Part shown: one piece after another, positions 1 through 8,214 of the stretch
How the letters are laid out: every line of letters starts with the position of its first letter
How positions within the stretch are numbered: position 1 is the stretch's first letter
Source of the DNA: Ignicoccus islandicus DSM 13165
GTDB lineage: Archaea > Thermoproteota > Thermoprotei_A > Sulfolobales > Ignicoccaceae
Length of the DNA stretch: 32,000 nucleotides
Assembly: GCF_001481685.1 (NCBI RefSeq)
Contig: NZ_CP006867.1
Span: 570,001 to 602,000 of the forward strand
Direction of reading: 5' to 3'
Program-made: the position numbers and the translations under genes
Notes under the pieces: model-generated
Seen by the model: the letters and a program-made list of their open reading frames with translations, nothing else
Database searches by the model: none
What the model was told of the DNA's origin: nothing

Positions 1-556
1 CTAATGCTTGAAGCACAGCATAAGCGTTCTCGGCAAGCTCTTTTACATCCATATCCTTGGTGCCTATTCTACACATCACTTGCGGCTGTTTCCTAATCCT
101 TATGTTCACGGATTTCTTATATTTCTCTATTAGATTTTGAAGAGGTGCATTAGGAGGCACCGGTATAGGAGCCTTTCCTCGTGGACCTAAGGCTGGACCT
201 AATACCTTACCAGCGAGACCCATTAGATCGACCTTTACTAAGACCCAGTCACAAGTACTGGCCAATTTCTTAGCTCGTTTCTTATCCATGTTTTGAAGTT
301 CCTCGCGCGTGATTACATTAACACCTAGTTTCTGGGCAGTTAACGCCATTTCACCATCGGCGACCACGCAAATATTGACATCTTTATGAGGTTGGTATGG
401 TAGTTCAACTACTTCTCTAATTCTTCCCTCTGGACCTTTCAAGTCTATGTCCTTTAGGACCACTATCATTTCAACTGACTCGAGAAAGTTCCTCTTCGGC
501 GATTTTTCTATGGCATCCTTTACAGCAGTTTCAATCCATTCTAACTCGGCACTCAC
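1..556 (-). CDS. rpl1: 50S ribosomal protein L1 (uL1), 3' end cut by window edge
   Basis: Absent from the ORF track because it runs off the window. My translation of the minus strand from GTG at 556 gives VSAELEWIETAVKDAIEKSPKRNFLESVEMIVVLKDIDLKGPEGRIREVVELPYQP...LGPALGPRGKAPIPVP..., a typical archaeal L1 pattern. It lies directly downstream of L11, as in the conserved L11-L1 cluster. Confidence 0.85.
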   Translation of the reverse strand, partial: MSAELEWIETAVKDAIEKSPKRNFLESVEMIVVLKDIDLKGPEGRIREVVELPYQPHKDVNICVVADGEMALTAQKLGVNVITREELQNMDKKRAKKLASTCDWVLVKVDLMGLAGKVLGPALGPRGKAPIPVPPNAPLQNLIEKYKKSVNIRIRKQPQVMCRIGTKDMDVKELAENAYAVLQAL

Positions 557-592
557 GGTTCTTTTCACCCGTTGTCAGTAACATTAAAGGGT

Positions 593-1102
593 TTAACTAA
601 CTGATTCCCACTCTTCTTCATACTTGCTTAATACTTCATCATAAGCTCCTTCATCAGTTAATCGGGTAACTTCTTTTGGATCCTTACCATCTACAGTAAG
701 TCCTATCGCTCTGGCAGTACCTAAAACTGTCTTGACTGCTCCCTTGAGAGTCTTAGCAGTCAGCTCGGGTGCTTTCAGTAGGGCAACTTCTATAACTTGC
801 TCATAGGTTAAGTTACCTACTTTCTGATGTATTGGATCGCCAGATGGTTTGGAAGCTCCCGCTTTCTTCAATAACAAGTCCGTAATGTTTGGTGGAATTA
901 TTTCTATTTCATATTCCTTGGTCTCCTCGTCTACGATTACCTTCACTGTCACTTCAAAGCCTTTATATCTCTTTGTCATTTCGTTTATTTTGTTAACAAC
1001 CTCCTCTACTGGTAATCCCACTGACTCTAAGGCAGGCTTTATTGGGGGTATAGGCTTCGCTTGCCCACCTTCAATCGTAAATGTCAGGGTCTTCTTAGGC
1101 AT
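593..1102 (-). CDS. rpl11: 50S ribosomal protein L11 (uL11)
   Basis: Track ORF 593..1105. The translation [30 protein letters not shown]...KPSGDP...[18 protein letters not shown] is canonical L11. ATG at 1102 is preferred over the in-frame GTG at 1105. Confidence 0.9.
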   Translation of the reverse strand: MPKKTLTFTIEGGQAKPIPPIKPALESVGLPVEEVVNKINEMTKRYKGFEVTVKVIVDEETKEYEIEIIPPNITDLLLKKAGASKPSGDPIHQKVGNLTYEQVIEVALLKAPELTAKTLKGAVKTVLGTARAIGLTVDGKDPKEVTRLTDEGAYDEVLSKYEEEWESVS

Positions 1103-1109
1103 CACGTCT

Positions 1110-1547
1110 TCACCTCTTCACGGGCTTCACGTAATCCACAGGCACTGTGATTTGGAGGGGGTACGCAGCTTCTAAAATGTTAAGTACAACTTCGTTCTTT
1201 GAAGGATCCTTGAATTCAACTCTTGCTTTCATCCCTTTGAATGGACCTGCAACGAGTTCGACTATGTCTCCTACGTCTATGAGTTCTATTACTGGTGTTG
1301 GTCTTATTAACTTTACTACTTCGTCAACCTCCATTCTTCTACCTGGCCCTCCTCTCACGTCCCTTATTCCTCTAATGACCTCTAGTACTACGTAGGGTGC
1401 GGGCGCTTCAACTAAAACGAATCCTTTTAGACGAGGTGGTACTACAACTGACCTCACATCGAGTCTAGAAGACTTGGCACGACGTTCTATTATTAATGCA
1501 ACATCTATCTCTCTACCAGTAGTTGTTCGCACAGGATAGAACGGCAT
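1110..1547 (-). CDS. spt5: Transcription elongation factor Spt5 (NusG homologue)
   Basis: 145 aa. NGN domain start [20 protein letters not shown] plus a C-terminal KOW-like segment [18 protein letters not shown]. Conserved position between secE and rpl11. Confidence 0.85.
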   Translation of the reverse strand: MPFYPVRTTTGREIDVALIIERRAKSSRLDVRSVVVPPRLKGFVLVEAPAPYVVLEVIRGIRDVRGGPGRRMEVDEVVKLIRPTPVIELIDVGDIVELVAGPFKGMKARVEFKDPSKNEVVLNILEAAYPLQITVPVDYVKPVKR

Positions 1548-1560
1548 GAATATCCCACCT

Positions 1561-1767
1561 CTATTTAAATAGAAACATGACTGCTGTCGCTTTTATTAGG
1601 TACGATAATGTTCCAATCACTGCCATAGACAAGAACACTACTTTAATTATGGCATTGAACTCCTCTGGAGAGGGCTTAGACGCTTTCGCTAATATCGATC
1701 TCCATTCATAAATCATTTCTACAATCTTATTAATGTAATAACTAAACGATTTCAGCTTTACATCCAT
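1561..1767 (-). CDS. secE: Protein translocase subunit SecE/Sec61-gamma
   Basis: 68 aa with a single C-terminal TM helix (VVFLSMAVIGTLSYLIKATAVMFLF). Canonical position immediately upstream of spt5. Confidence 0.7.
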   Translation of the reverse strand: MDVKLKSFSYYINKIVEMIYEWRSILAKASKPSPEEFNAIIKVVFLSMAVIGTLSYLIKATAVMFLFK

Positions 1768-1770
1768 TCT

Positions 1771-2838
1771 CTAATCACTCCCCATAATTCTTTCCACTAA
1801 CCATTTAGGATCGAACCTTATCAAATCATCGTAACTTTGGCCTACGCCAAGATACATAACTGGTTTCTTGAGAGTAGCAATAACGCTCAAGGCGGCTCCT
1901 CCTTTTGCATCCGCATCGACCTTGGTTAGGATAATTGCGTCAATACCTACAGCTTCATCAAAGAATCTTGCTTGCTCGAGAGCGTCATTACCCGTAAGGG
2001 CGTCTAACACTAATATTTTTAAATCGGGGCGTACTACTCTATTTATCTTCCGTAACTCATTCATTAGGTCGGAATCAACGTGCATTCTACCGGCAGTATC
2101 TATTAGGACTACGTGAAATCCACGTGCTCGTGCAAACTCTATAGCATCGTATGCAACAGCAGCTGGATCTGTGCCGTAAGGCCTGGTTATTATTGGGACG
2201 CCTATCCGTTCAGCATGAACTTTTAACTGCTCAACCGCTCCTGCTCTAAAAGTATCAGCTGCTGCTATTACGGGAGTTACGCCTGTCTTCTTCAATAAAT
2301 AGGCTATTTTTGCGATAGTCGTTGTCTTGCCAACACCATTAACACCCATTACCATAACTTTGAGTACTTTGTTCTCATTCGCATATCTTTTAGCTATCTC
2401 TACTAAGTCGATACTTTCAACAGATAATATACTAAGGAGACTCTCACGTAATGCATTTTCGATGACTTTTTCCTCGCTTTCGCCTCTCCTTATCTTTAGT
2501 TTCGCTAATCTACTTTTAAAGTCGTTTATGAGATCTTCGGCGACTTCATAAGCGACGTCAGCTTCAGCTAACGTTAGTACGTATTCCTCAAATATAGGTT
2601 CGAGTTTCTTTAGATTTATTTCTTTATACGCAATGGATTCCTTTACCTTAGCGAAAAATCCCTTCTTCTCAACTGTTTCCTTCGGTTTACTTCCGATGTC
2701 CTTTCTTTTAGCAATGACTGTTGTTTCTTTCCCCTCCTCGCTTACTGGCTTCGGCTGTTCGATCGGTTCTTCGGTAGAAACTTTGCTACTAACTTCCTTT
2801 ACTAGACTCTTTAGAGCCTTCTTGAGTTTCCCTAGCAC
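1771..2838 (-). CDS. ftsY: Signal recognition particle receptor FtsY
   Basis: GTG start gives MLGKLKKALKSLV, followed by a charged A-region. NG-domain GTPase motifs are present: GVNGVGKTTTIAKIA, DTAGR, TKVDADAKGG. Confidence 0.9.
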   Translation of the reverse strand: MLGKLKKALKSLVKEVSSKVSTEEPIEQPKPVSEEGKETTVIAKRKDIGSKPKETVEKKGFFAKVKESIAYKEINLKKLEPIFEEYVLTLAEADVAYEVAEDLINDFKSRLAKLKIRRGESEEKVIENALRESLLSILSVESIDLVEIAKRYANENKVLKVMVMGVNGVGKTTTIAKIAYLLKKTGVTPVIAAADTFRAGAVEQLKVHAERIGVPIITRPYGTDPAAVAYDAIEFARARGFHVVLIDTAGRMHVDSDLMNELRKINRVVRPDLKILVLDALTGNDALEQARFFDEAVGIDAIILTKVDADAKGGAALSVIATLKKPVMYLGVGQSYDDLIRFDPKWLVERIMGSD

Positions 2839-3238
2839 TACTAGATCCCTGAAGTTTTAGCAGCTGTGACTCTATAGAACTTATTTTAGTAAGTACTTCG
2901 TTGAGTTTCCCTTCGAGTTCCTTAATTTGTTTTTCTAAAACTGCCTTTATTTCATTGAGTTTTTGTTTAGCTTCGTCAGGTTTCATTGCTACAAAGTAGT
3001 TACTCCCAATTGGTACTATAACTTTATTCGTTAACGTACCTTTAACGAATACTGGTCCTAGAGGCACTAAGGCCTCCACGGATTCTCTTAAATTATTAAT
3101 CTCATCTAGTGCGACGTTTACTTCACTCAAATCAATTCTCTTCTTTTCGATTTCAGAGCCGAGTATTTCGGCAAGTTTCTTTAAGTTTTGGTACTCGTAG
3201 ACTAAGGCGTAAATTTCTGCTTGTTCATTAGAGCTCAT
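2789..3238 (-). CDS. pfdA: Prefoldin alpha subunit
   Basis: Coiled-coil/beta-hairpin/coiled-coil layout (MSSNEQAEIYALVYEYQNLKKL...VPLGPVFVKGTL...SNYFVAMKPDEAKQKLNEIKAVLEKQIKELE). I place the start at ATG 3238, 7 nt after the LX stop, not at the longer track start 3310. The 3' end overlaps the ftsY start by 50 nt. Confidence 0.8.
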   Translation of the reverse strand: MSSNEQAEIYALVYEYQNLKKLAEILGSEIEKKRIDLSEVNVALDEINNLRESVEALVPLGPVFVKGTLTNKVIVPIGSNYFVAMKPDEAKQKLNEIKAVLEKQIKELEGKLNEVLTKISSIESQLLKLQGSSSARETQEGSKESSKGS

Positions 3239-3245
3239 CGCTGTA

Positions 3246-3569
3246 TCACTTCCTCGAGTTATCGATCGACCATCCGAGTTTGTATTTTCTCCAAACTCTT
3301 TCGCTATCAAATGAAACCCATTCTTTTAGATGAAGCAGCTGTAGTACCGATAAGTCTTCAATGTCATTTTCGCTAACTTCCCTTACATTTTCTATTTTTA
3401 TATGATATCGCTTTAGTTTGTGATGACTTCCTAGCTCGGATAATACTCTTTCTATAACATCTCTTTCAGTGATTCCTCTTTTATAGATTGCAAACTTCTG
3501 CCATTGAGGATTCTTATCATGGGAAATTAACATTTTACCCTCTATTAGAAAAGTCTTGACTTCACTCAC
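3246..3569 (-). CDS. rplX: 50S ribosomal protein LX (L18Ae/eL20 family)
   Basis: SEVKTFLIEGKMLISHDKNPQWQKFAIYKRGITERDVIERVLSELGSHHKLKRYHIKIENVREVS matches the archaeal LX pattern. The likely start is GTG at 3569 (MSEVK...), not track start 3590. It sits upstream of pfdA-ftsY as in other archaea. A C-terminal tail of about 30 aa looks longer than I expect for LX. Confidence 0.75.
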   Translation of the reverse strand: MSEVKTFLIEGKMLISHDKNPQWQKFAIYKRGITERDVIERVLSELGSHHKLKRYHIKIENVREVSENDIEDLSVLQLLHLKEWVSFDSERVWRKYKLGWSIDNSRK

Positions 3570-3645
3570 GTTAAATCCCTTATAGCGCAACCACCGTGAG
3601 AGTAAATAAGCTACTCACTGATCCTCAATATCGTGTGGAAATACA

Positions 3646-4254
3646 TTGATTAAGAAACGTTTAGTAGTAAAGTGTAGGTCTAACGAAAGCTGCCTGGAGT
3701 TACTTAATAAAATAACTGAGAACGTAAGTTCACGTTTCCTAAAGTCAGAGATAAAAGGTAATACGCTACAACTAGAGGTAATCGGACTTCCGTATGAATT
3801 AAAAGAAATAAAGTATGACATTGAAATGCTCAAAAAAGAGATTGAAAGTAAACATATAAAGGGTAATAAATACATCAAGCTGCATGAACTAGGCAAACTG
3901 TTTCACGGTACTATTTCCATAGAGGTACTCTCAACTGTACTTAAATCGAGAGGTTACTACGTGGAAGTAGATGACGATAAATTATACACTAATGCTCCCA
4001 TGGATATAATAGAAGAAATAGTAAAGAAGTCAAAAGAGATACAAGAGGACGAGGTAGTTAAATACAAACTATCCAGTGCAGCGAAAAGGGTTGTTATAAC
4101 ATTATCACTGATCACAGATACCCCTCCGAATGAGGTAATAGAATTACTCAAATCCCAAGGATTTCTCGAGCAAGGTTCCTTCAGGTATCAGTTAAAGGAG
4201 AATGCTAACGCGGTAATTAATAAACTTATGAAGCTCTTCAAGAGCCCAAAATAG
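3646..4254 (+). CDS. Conserved-looking hypothetical protein (202 aa), upstream of rpoL
   Basis: Clean 202-aa ORF with TTG start and coding-like composition (K/E/I-rich, no low complexity). It ends 10 nt before the rpoL start. I recognise no catalytic motif. Confidence 0.6.
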   Translation: MIKKRLVVKCRSNESCLELLNKITENVSSRFLKSEIKGNTLQLEVIGLPYELKEIKYDIEMLKKEIESKHIKGNKYIKLHELGKLFHGTISIEVLSTVLKSRGYYVEVDDDKLYTNAPMDIIEEIVKKSKEIQEDEVVKYKLSSAAKRVVITLSLITDTPPNEVIELLKSQGFLEQGSFRYQLKENANAVINKLMKLFKSPK

Positions 4255-4264
4255 GGGTTTAACG

Positions 4265-4555
4265 ATGTCAAGCTTGAAATTAGATGTTGAATTGATTTCG
4301 AAGAGTCCTACAGAGCTTCGCATAAAGATACCTAACGAAGGTCATACGTTAGGTAACTTAATAACTAAATTGGCTTCGAAGAAACCTCATGTTAACATGG
4401 CGGTATACTACGTTGAACACCCATTGAAACAAAACCTATTTATAACAATTAGGACCGATGGTCAGATCGATCCTTTAGATGCACTCCTTCAAACAATAGA
4501 CGAGGCGATTAATTACCTTGAAAAGTTCAAAGAAGAGCTTGAAGAAGGAAAGTAG
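4265..4555 (+). CDS. rpoL: DNA-directed RNA polymerase subunit L (Rpo11)
   Basis: 96 aa. IKIPNEGHTLGNLITKLASKKPHVNMAVYYVEHPLKQNLFITIRTDG is the conserved RpoL/RPB11 dimerisation-domain pattern (EDHTLGNLL...Y...HPL). Confidence 0.85.
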   Translation: MSSLKLDVELISKSPTELRIKIPNEGHTLGNLITKLASKKPHVNMAVYYVEHPLKQNLFITIRTDGQIDPLDALLQTIDEAINYLEKFKEELEEGK

Positions 4556-4777
4556 GGTCGCTGTATGTTGTGGATCCAATCCATACGTTATAGTAGTGGT
4601 AAGAGGGGATTCATTCTCTTCAATTTATATAACGGATAATCCATTAGAAATAGCTACATCTAAAGAGTTTAAAGAAGTTATGTTTCACGATGAATCGTGT
4701 AAGGAATACTACGGTGAAGGATATATTAAGGCTGAACCGAAGTGGCGACGTCTTGCGTGCCTTTTATTCCTCTTAGC

Positions 4778-4838
4778 TTCCCTCAGTAAGGGAAACGGTC
4801 ATCATACCTTCAGATTACCGTCGTTACCTCATAGGGGA
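4778..4838 (-). ncRNA. Candidate C/D box sRNA (2'-O-methylation guide)
   Basis: The minus strand reads CCCCU-AUGAGGU-AACGACGGUAAU-CUGA-AGGU-AUGAUGA-CCGUUUCCCUUA-CUGA-GGG. C box is AUGAGGU (4826-4832; G3, A4 and G6 retained). D' is CUGA (4810-4813). C' is a perfect AUGAUGA (4799-4805). D is CUGA (4783-4786). Both guide spacers are exactly 12 nt, and CCC/GGG can form a short terminal stem. It lies about 60 nt downstream of the deoC stop on the same strand, in non-coding DNA. Confidence 0.55.
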
Positions 4839-4896
4839 TGAAGACTCATGGGGTTCTGAACACGATGAAGACACCTGTCTCAACAGACCCCCTTTA

Positions 4897-5610
4897 CTAC
4901 TTTAGGGATCCGATCCTCTTTAGCTGATCAAATTCTTCTAGTATCTTAATACCGCTACTACTCCCTATTATTGAAGCACCTAAGTCAATGTAAGCAAGTG
5001 TTTCTAAGGCACCCTTAATTCCCCCAGAAGCCTTCACGTTGACGTGTGGCGAAATGCTCTTAACTACATACACGTCCTTGAGACTGCTCTTACTAAAGAT
5101 TCCAGTAGAAGTCTTAAGATAATCAGCACCGGAGGCTTCTACTGCGTGGGTAACAACTTTTAGTTCCTCAATCGATAGAAGAGGAGTTTCCACAATAATC
5201 TTTACAGTGCTGAACCCTATATCTCTTGAAATAGATACTACGTACTTTACGTATTCTCTATATTTCGTAGGGTCAAGCTTTATGAGAACAGGCGAGATAG
5301 CAACGTCGACCTCATCAGCTCCCAGATCCCAGCTGTTTGAGAGTTCCTTCTCTAGTGCTTGTAGAGGTAGCATTCCCGAAGGAAAGTTTGCTACGGTACA
5401 TACCCTATTTCTCCATACCTCCTTTACCTTTTGTATATTCATGGGCCATGTGAGTATACATCTGAAGGGGTGCTTTACTGACTCTCGGAGTTCCGTAGAG
5501 AATTCCTTGTTATCTAGGGTGAGTATAGTTTGATCTATTCGAGCTGCAAGTTCATCGCGGGTTGTTGCATGAAGTAGTTCTGTGAGCATTCTACGGAAAC
5601 CTCTGTTCAA
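4897..5610 (-). CDS. deoC: Deoxyribose-phosphate aldolase (DERA family)
   Basis: 237 aa TIM-barrel-like protein with the Schiff-base lysine context DYLKTSTGIFS and the distal VKASGGIK motif typical of DeoC. Confidence 0.75.
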   Translation of the reverse strand: MNRGFRRMLTELLHATTRDELAARIDQTILTLDNKEFSTELRESVKHPFRCILTWPMNIQKVKEVWRNRVCTVANFPSGMLPLQALEKELSNSWDLGADEVDVAISPVLIKLDPTKYREYVKYVVSISRDIGFSTVKIIVETPLLSIEELKVVTHAVEASGADYLKTSTGIFSKSSLKDVYVVKSISPHVNVKASGGIKGALETLAYIDLGASIIGSSSGIKILEEFDQLKRIGSLK

Positions 5611-5623
5611 GTATACACCTAGT

Positions 5624-6259
5624 TCATTTTAATTTAAGGAGGTAGTCAGTAGATACCACCCTTTCTTCCTCATGTCCGCAAACGAGACATTTCAATTTCC
5701 CGGAACTCTCCTCCAGCCAGAGAGGGTTTCCACAAACTGAACAAGTTGAGTATAACACACCTAGCCGTGGGCCTTTAGCAGTTAAAACGTATGGGGGGCC
5801 ACTAATTACCTTAAGTTTTACTATGTCACCGGGAGCGTAACCGTCATACAGACTGGAGAGGTATTTCTTCGAAGACGCTTGGGATATGTGTAAAGCTCCA
5901 GTTACTATGACGTTCTTAAGTGCGTGCGAAGGTGATTTGGTTACTTTTACTAGAGCAAGTTCGTCCCGCATACTTAGTATGTAACCTATTACACTGCTCT
6001 TGGGAGATGGGAGTTCTTGTGCTACGTCTTTTCCCCGAACCTCTATTTGATAATTTAGCATATCTATCTTTACTACTCCAGGTATGCTTGCCCTAATGAT
6101 ACCATTGTCTACGAATGTGCCTTTACCTGGCATGAGTTCCTCTGTTGCTGCTAGAGGTTGGCCGGGCACCACCCATTCGTTATTCTTTACAAAGGGCACT
6201 TGATAGTTCCCGACACCGATTTCTAGAAGAAATTTAAATTCATTGAGGTTAGGGCACAT
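5624..6259 (-). CDS. csl4: Exosome complex RNA-binding subunit Csl4
   Basis: 211 aa. Central S1-like fold (GDIVKLKVISGPPYVLTAKGPRLGVLYSTC) followed by a C-terminal zinc ribbon CSVCGNPL...LKCLVCGHEE, which is the Csl4 architecture. Neighbourhood with rpoL fits the archaeal exosome superoperon. Confidence 0.75.
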   Translation of the reverse strand: MCPNLNEFKFLLEIGVGNYQVPFVKNNEWVVPGQPLAATEELMPGKGTFVDNGIIRASIPGVVKIDMLNYQIEVRGKDVAQELPSPKSSVIGYILSMRDELALVKVTKSPSHALKNVIVTGALHISQASSKKYLSSLYDGYAPGDIVKLKVISGPPYVLTAKGPRLGVLYSTCSVCGNPLWLEESSGKLKCLVCGHEEERVVSTDYLLKLK

Positions 6260-6331
6260 TAGTATTCAGAGAAATGAATATACAGATATATACCTCGTCT
6301 GGAGCTCGATAGATAAGGGTGAACAATAACA

Positions 6332-7798
6332 ATGAATATACCCAAGCTAATGGCAACGCAACATCCTGACAGCACGATCGTATTCACGGCACAAGACGAA
6401 GTAAAGGAAGCGATTGACGACGTCTTGCCACTCGAAAGGGGTGGAAGGGGTTGCGATGAAAAAATGATAGACTATGAGGGTAAAGCAACCCCATACAATC
6501 AGATAAGAGCTGTTATAGAAGAAGCGAAATATTACGACATAGTTCCCGGAGAAGATTTCCTAATTACACCCAGAATACCCAACCCTAAGCTCGAAGATAA
6601 GGATAGACACCTTTTGACAATAACTGCTGCAATTACAGCTAACATGTACTCACAATTATATTTCAACACAAATGCAGTAAAGTACGTCATATTACCTATG
6701 TCAAGTAGTACGCTTGAGGTAGCAGAAGTTCAAAGAAGGATAATAAAGGTCCAAAGGCTAGTCTCAGAGGAGTTCTCCCTAAGAGGTGAAGAGATAGTAA
6801 GGTTGATACCTCTATTTGAAAATGCGGAATCGCACATGCACATAGACGAGATAATAGAGGGACTAAGAGTGGCTCTGATAAAGGAGGTTGGACTAGTTGA
6901 AAGGAATTTCAGAATATTTGTAGGAAAAAGCGATTCGGCAATAAATAGCGGTCACTTAGCCAGTTCCATCGCAATTAAGATGGCATTATTGAAAATGTGG
7001 AAGTGGCAAGAAGACACGATGTTTAGAAGTTACCCAATCGTAGGCATGGGAAAGCCTCCAATGAGAGGACACATGGCGGAATGGGTTAGGTCCGAGTGGG
7101 TAGATGCTTGGAAAGGTTACTACACAGCAACAATTCAATCGGCATTAAGATTTAATACTGAGAGAAAGGATTACGTCGCTACCGTATTAAAGATCGCAGA
7201 AGGTAGAGGACAGAAACCAGATCTATCCCAGCTAGACTTACAAGACTCACTAATTAGGATTGCATGGAAAGCGTCTGAGGTGTATACACGAGAGATAGAT
7301 AGATTAGCGGAACATATTCTCTTTATGTCGAAATTAGTAATTGGTACGAGAGCTAGGCTCGAAACCTATAGGAGAAAGGCTAAAACAGGTAAGGAACTAC
7401 CCAGAGCTATAAAGTTCTGTGCCGCGCTCTATTCTATGGGATTAGGTCCTACTCTAATAGGTGCGAAAGTTATTGAAGACTTAGCTAAAGGTAACGGAGA
7501 GAACCTAGATATATTACTGCGATTCCTTCCACTTCTAAAGAAAGATTGGGGTTACGATCTTCACCTAACGGACCTAGACGTGTTTAAGAAGTACGTGGAT
7601 GACAAGACCTATGAATATATTAGAAGAGATATTGAGACTGTGAAGGAATACTTCGGAGAACTTCCTACCCCAAAGGAGCTCCCCGAAGAATACTTTAAGT
7701 TATTACATGAAGTTAAAACGTCTATTGAAAATAGTGATATAAGTAAAGCAAAGGCAAATATAGTAAAGCTAGCCGAAATCAGAGGGTTCTTAGGTTGA
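6332..7798 (+). CDS. ppcA: Archaeal-type phosphoenolpyruvate carboxylase
   Basis: 488 aa beginning [14 protein letters not shown], the hallmark N-terminus of archaeal-type PEPC (PpcA). Length is consistent with that family. Confidence 0.8.
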   Translation: MNIPKLMATQHPDSTIVFTAQDEVKEAIDDVLPLERGGRGCDEKMIDYEGKATPYNQIRAVIEEAKYYDIVPGEDFLITPRIPNPKLEDKDRHLLTITAAITANMYSQLYFNTNAVKYVILPMSSSTLEVAEVQRRIIKVQRLVSEEFSLRGEEIVRLIPLFENAESHMHIDEIIEGLRVALIKEVGLVERNFRIFVGKSDSAINSGHLASSIAIKMALLKMWKWQEDTMFRSYPIVGMGKPPMRGHMAEWVRSEWVDAWKGYYTATIQSALRFNTERKDYVATVLKIAEGRGQKPDLSQLDLQDSLIRIAWKASEVYTREIDRLAEHILFMSKLVIGTRARLETYRRKAKTGKELPRAIKFCAALYSMGLGPTLIGAKVIEDLAKGNGENLDILLRFLPLLKKDWGYDLHLTDLDVFKKYVDDKTYEYIRRDIETVKEYFGELPTPKELPEEYFKLLHEVKTSIENSDISKAKANIVKLAEIRGFLG

Positions 7799-8214
7799 CT
7801 GAAAGGCCCTTAGTATCTATAATAATAGGTTCTAGGAGCGATTTGGAATTGGCCAAGAAAGCAGAGGAGGTCCTAAATGAGTTTTGTATACCATATGAAT
7901 TAAAGATATTGTCTGCTCATAGAAATCAGAAGGAATTAATTGAATACTTAGAGGAAAGCAAAAATTACGTAAAGGTATATATTGCTATAGCTGGCTTAGC
8001 TGCACACTTACCTGGATTCATTGCCTCTAGAGTAGAACAACCAGTGATTGGAGTCCCGAGAGACGTCAAACTAATGGGTTTAGATGCCTTACTCAGTATA
8101 GTACAGATGCCTTCTGGCGTACCTGTAGCTACAGTCGGAATAGACAATGCGAAAAATGGCGCCTATTTAGCTATTAGAATACTCAAAATTGCAGGGTTTA
8201 AGACGTGCAAGTAG
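7795..8214 (+). CDS. purE: N5-carboxyaminoimidazole ribonucleotide mutase / AIR carboxylase catalytic subunit PurE
   Basis: [17 protein letters not shown]...[13 protein letters not shown]...[11 protein letters not shown]...PVIGVP...[23 protein letters not shown] are canonical PurE motifs. The TTG start overlaps the ppcA stop (TTGA). At 139 aa it is somewhat short. Confidence 0.85.
   Translation: MTERPLVSIIIGSRSDLELAKKAEEVLNEFCIPYELKILSAHRNQKELIEYLEESKNYVKVYIAIAGLAAHLPGFIASRVEQPVIGVPRDVKLMGLDALLSIVQMPSGVPVATVGIDNAKNGAYLAIRILKIAGFKTCK

Noticed and set aside
4518-4841. 107-aa plus-strand ORF from the six-frame track
   Set aside because: It starts inside the rpoL coding region in another frame and I recognise no motif in its translation. 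It also spans the segment that carries the box C/D-like motifs on both strands. It is more likely a chance frame in a non-coding spacer.
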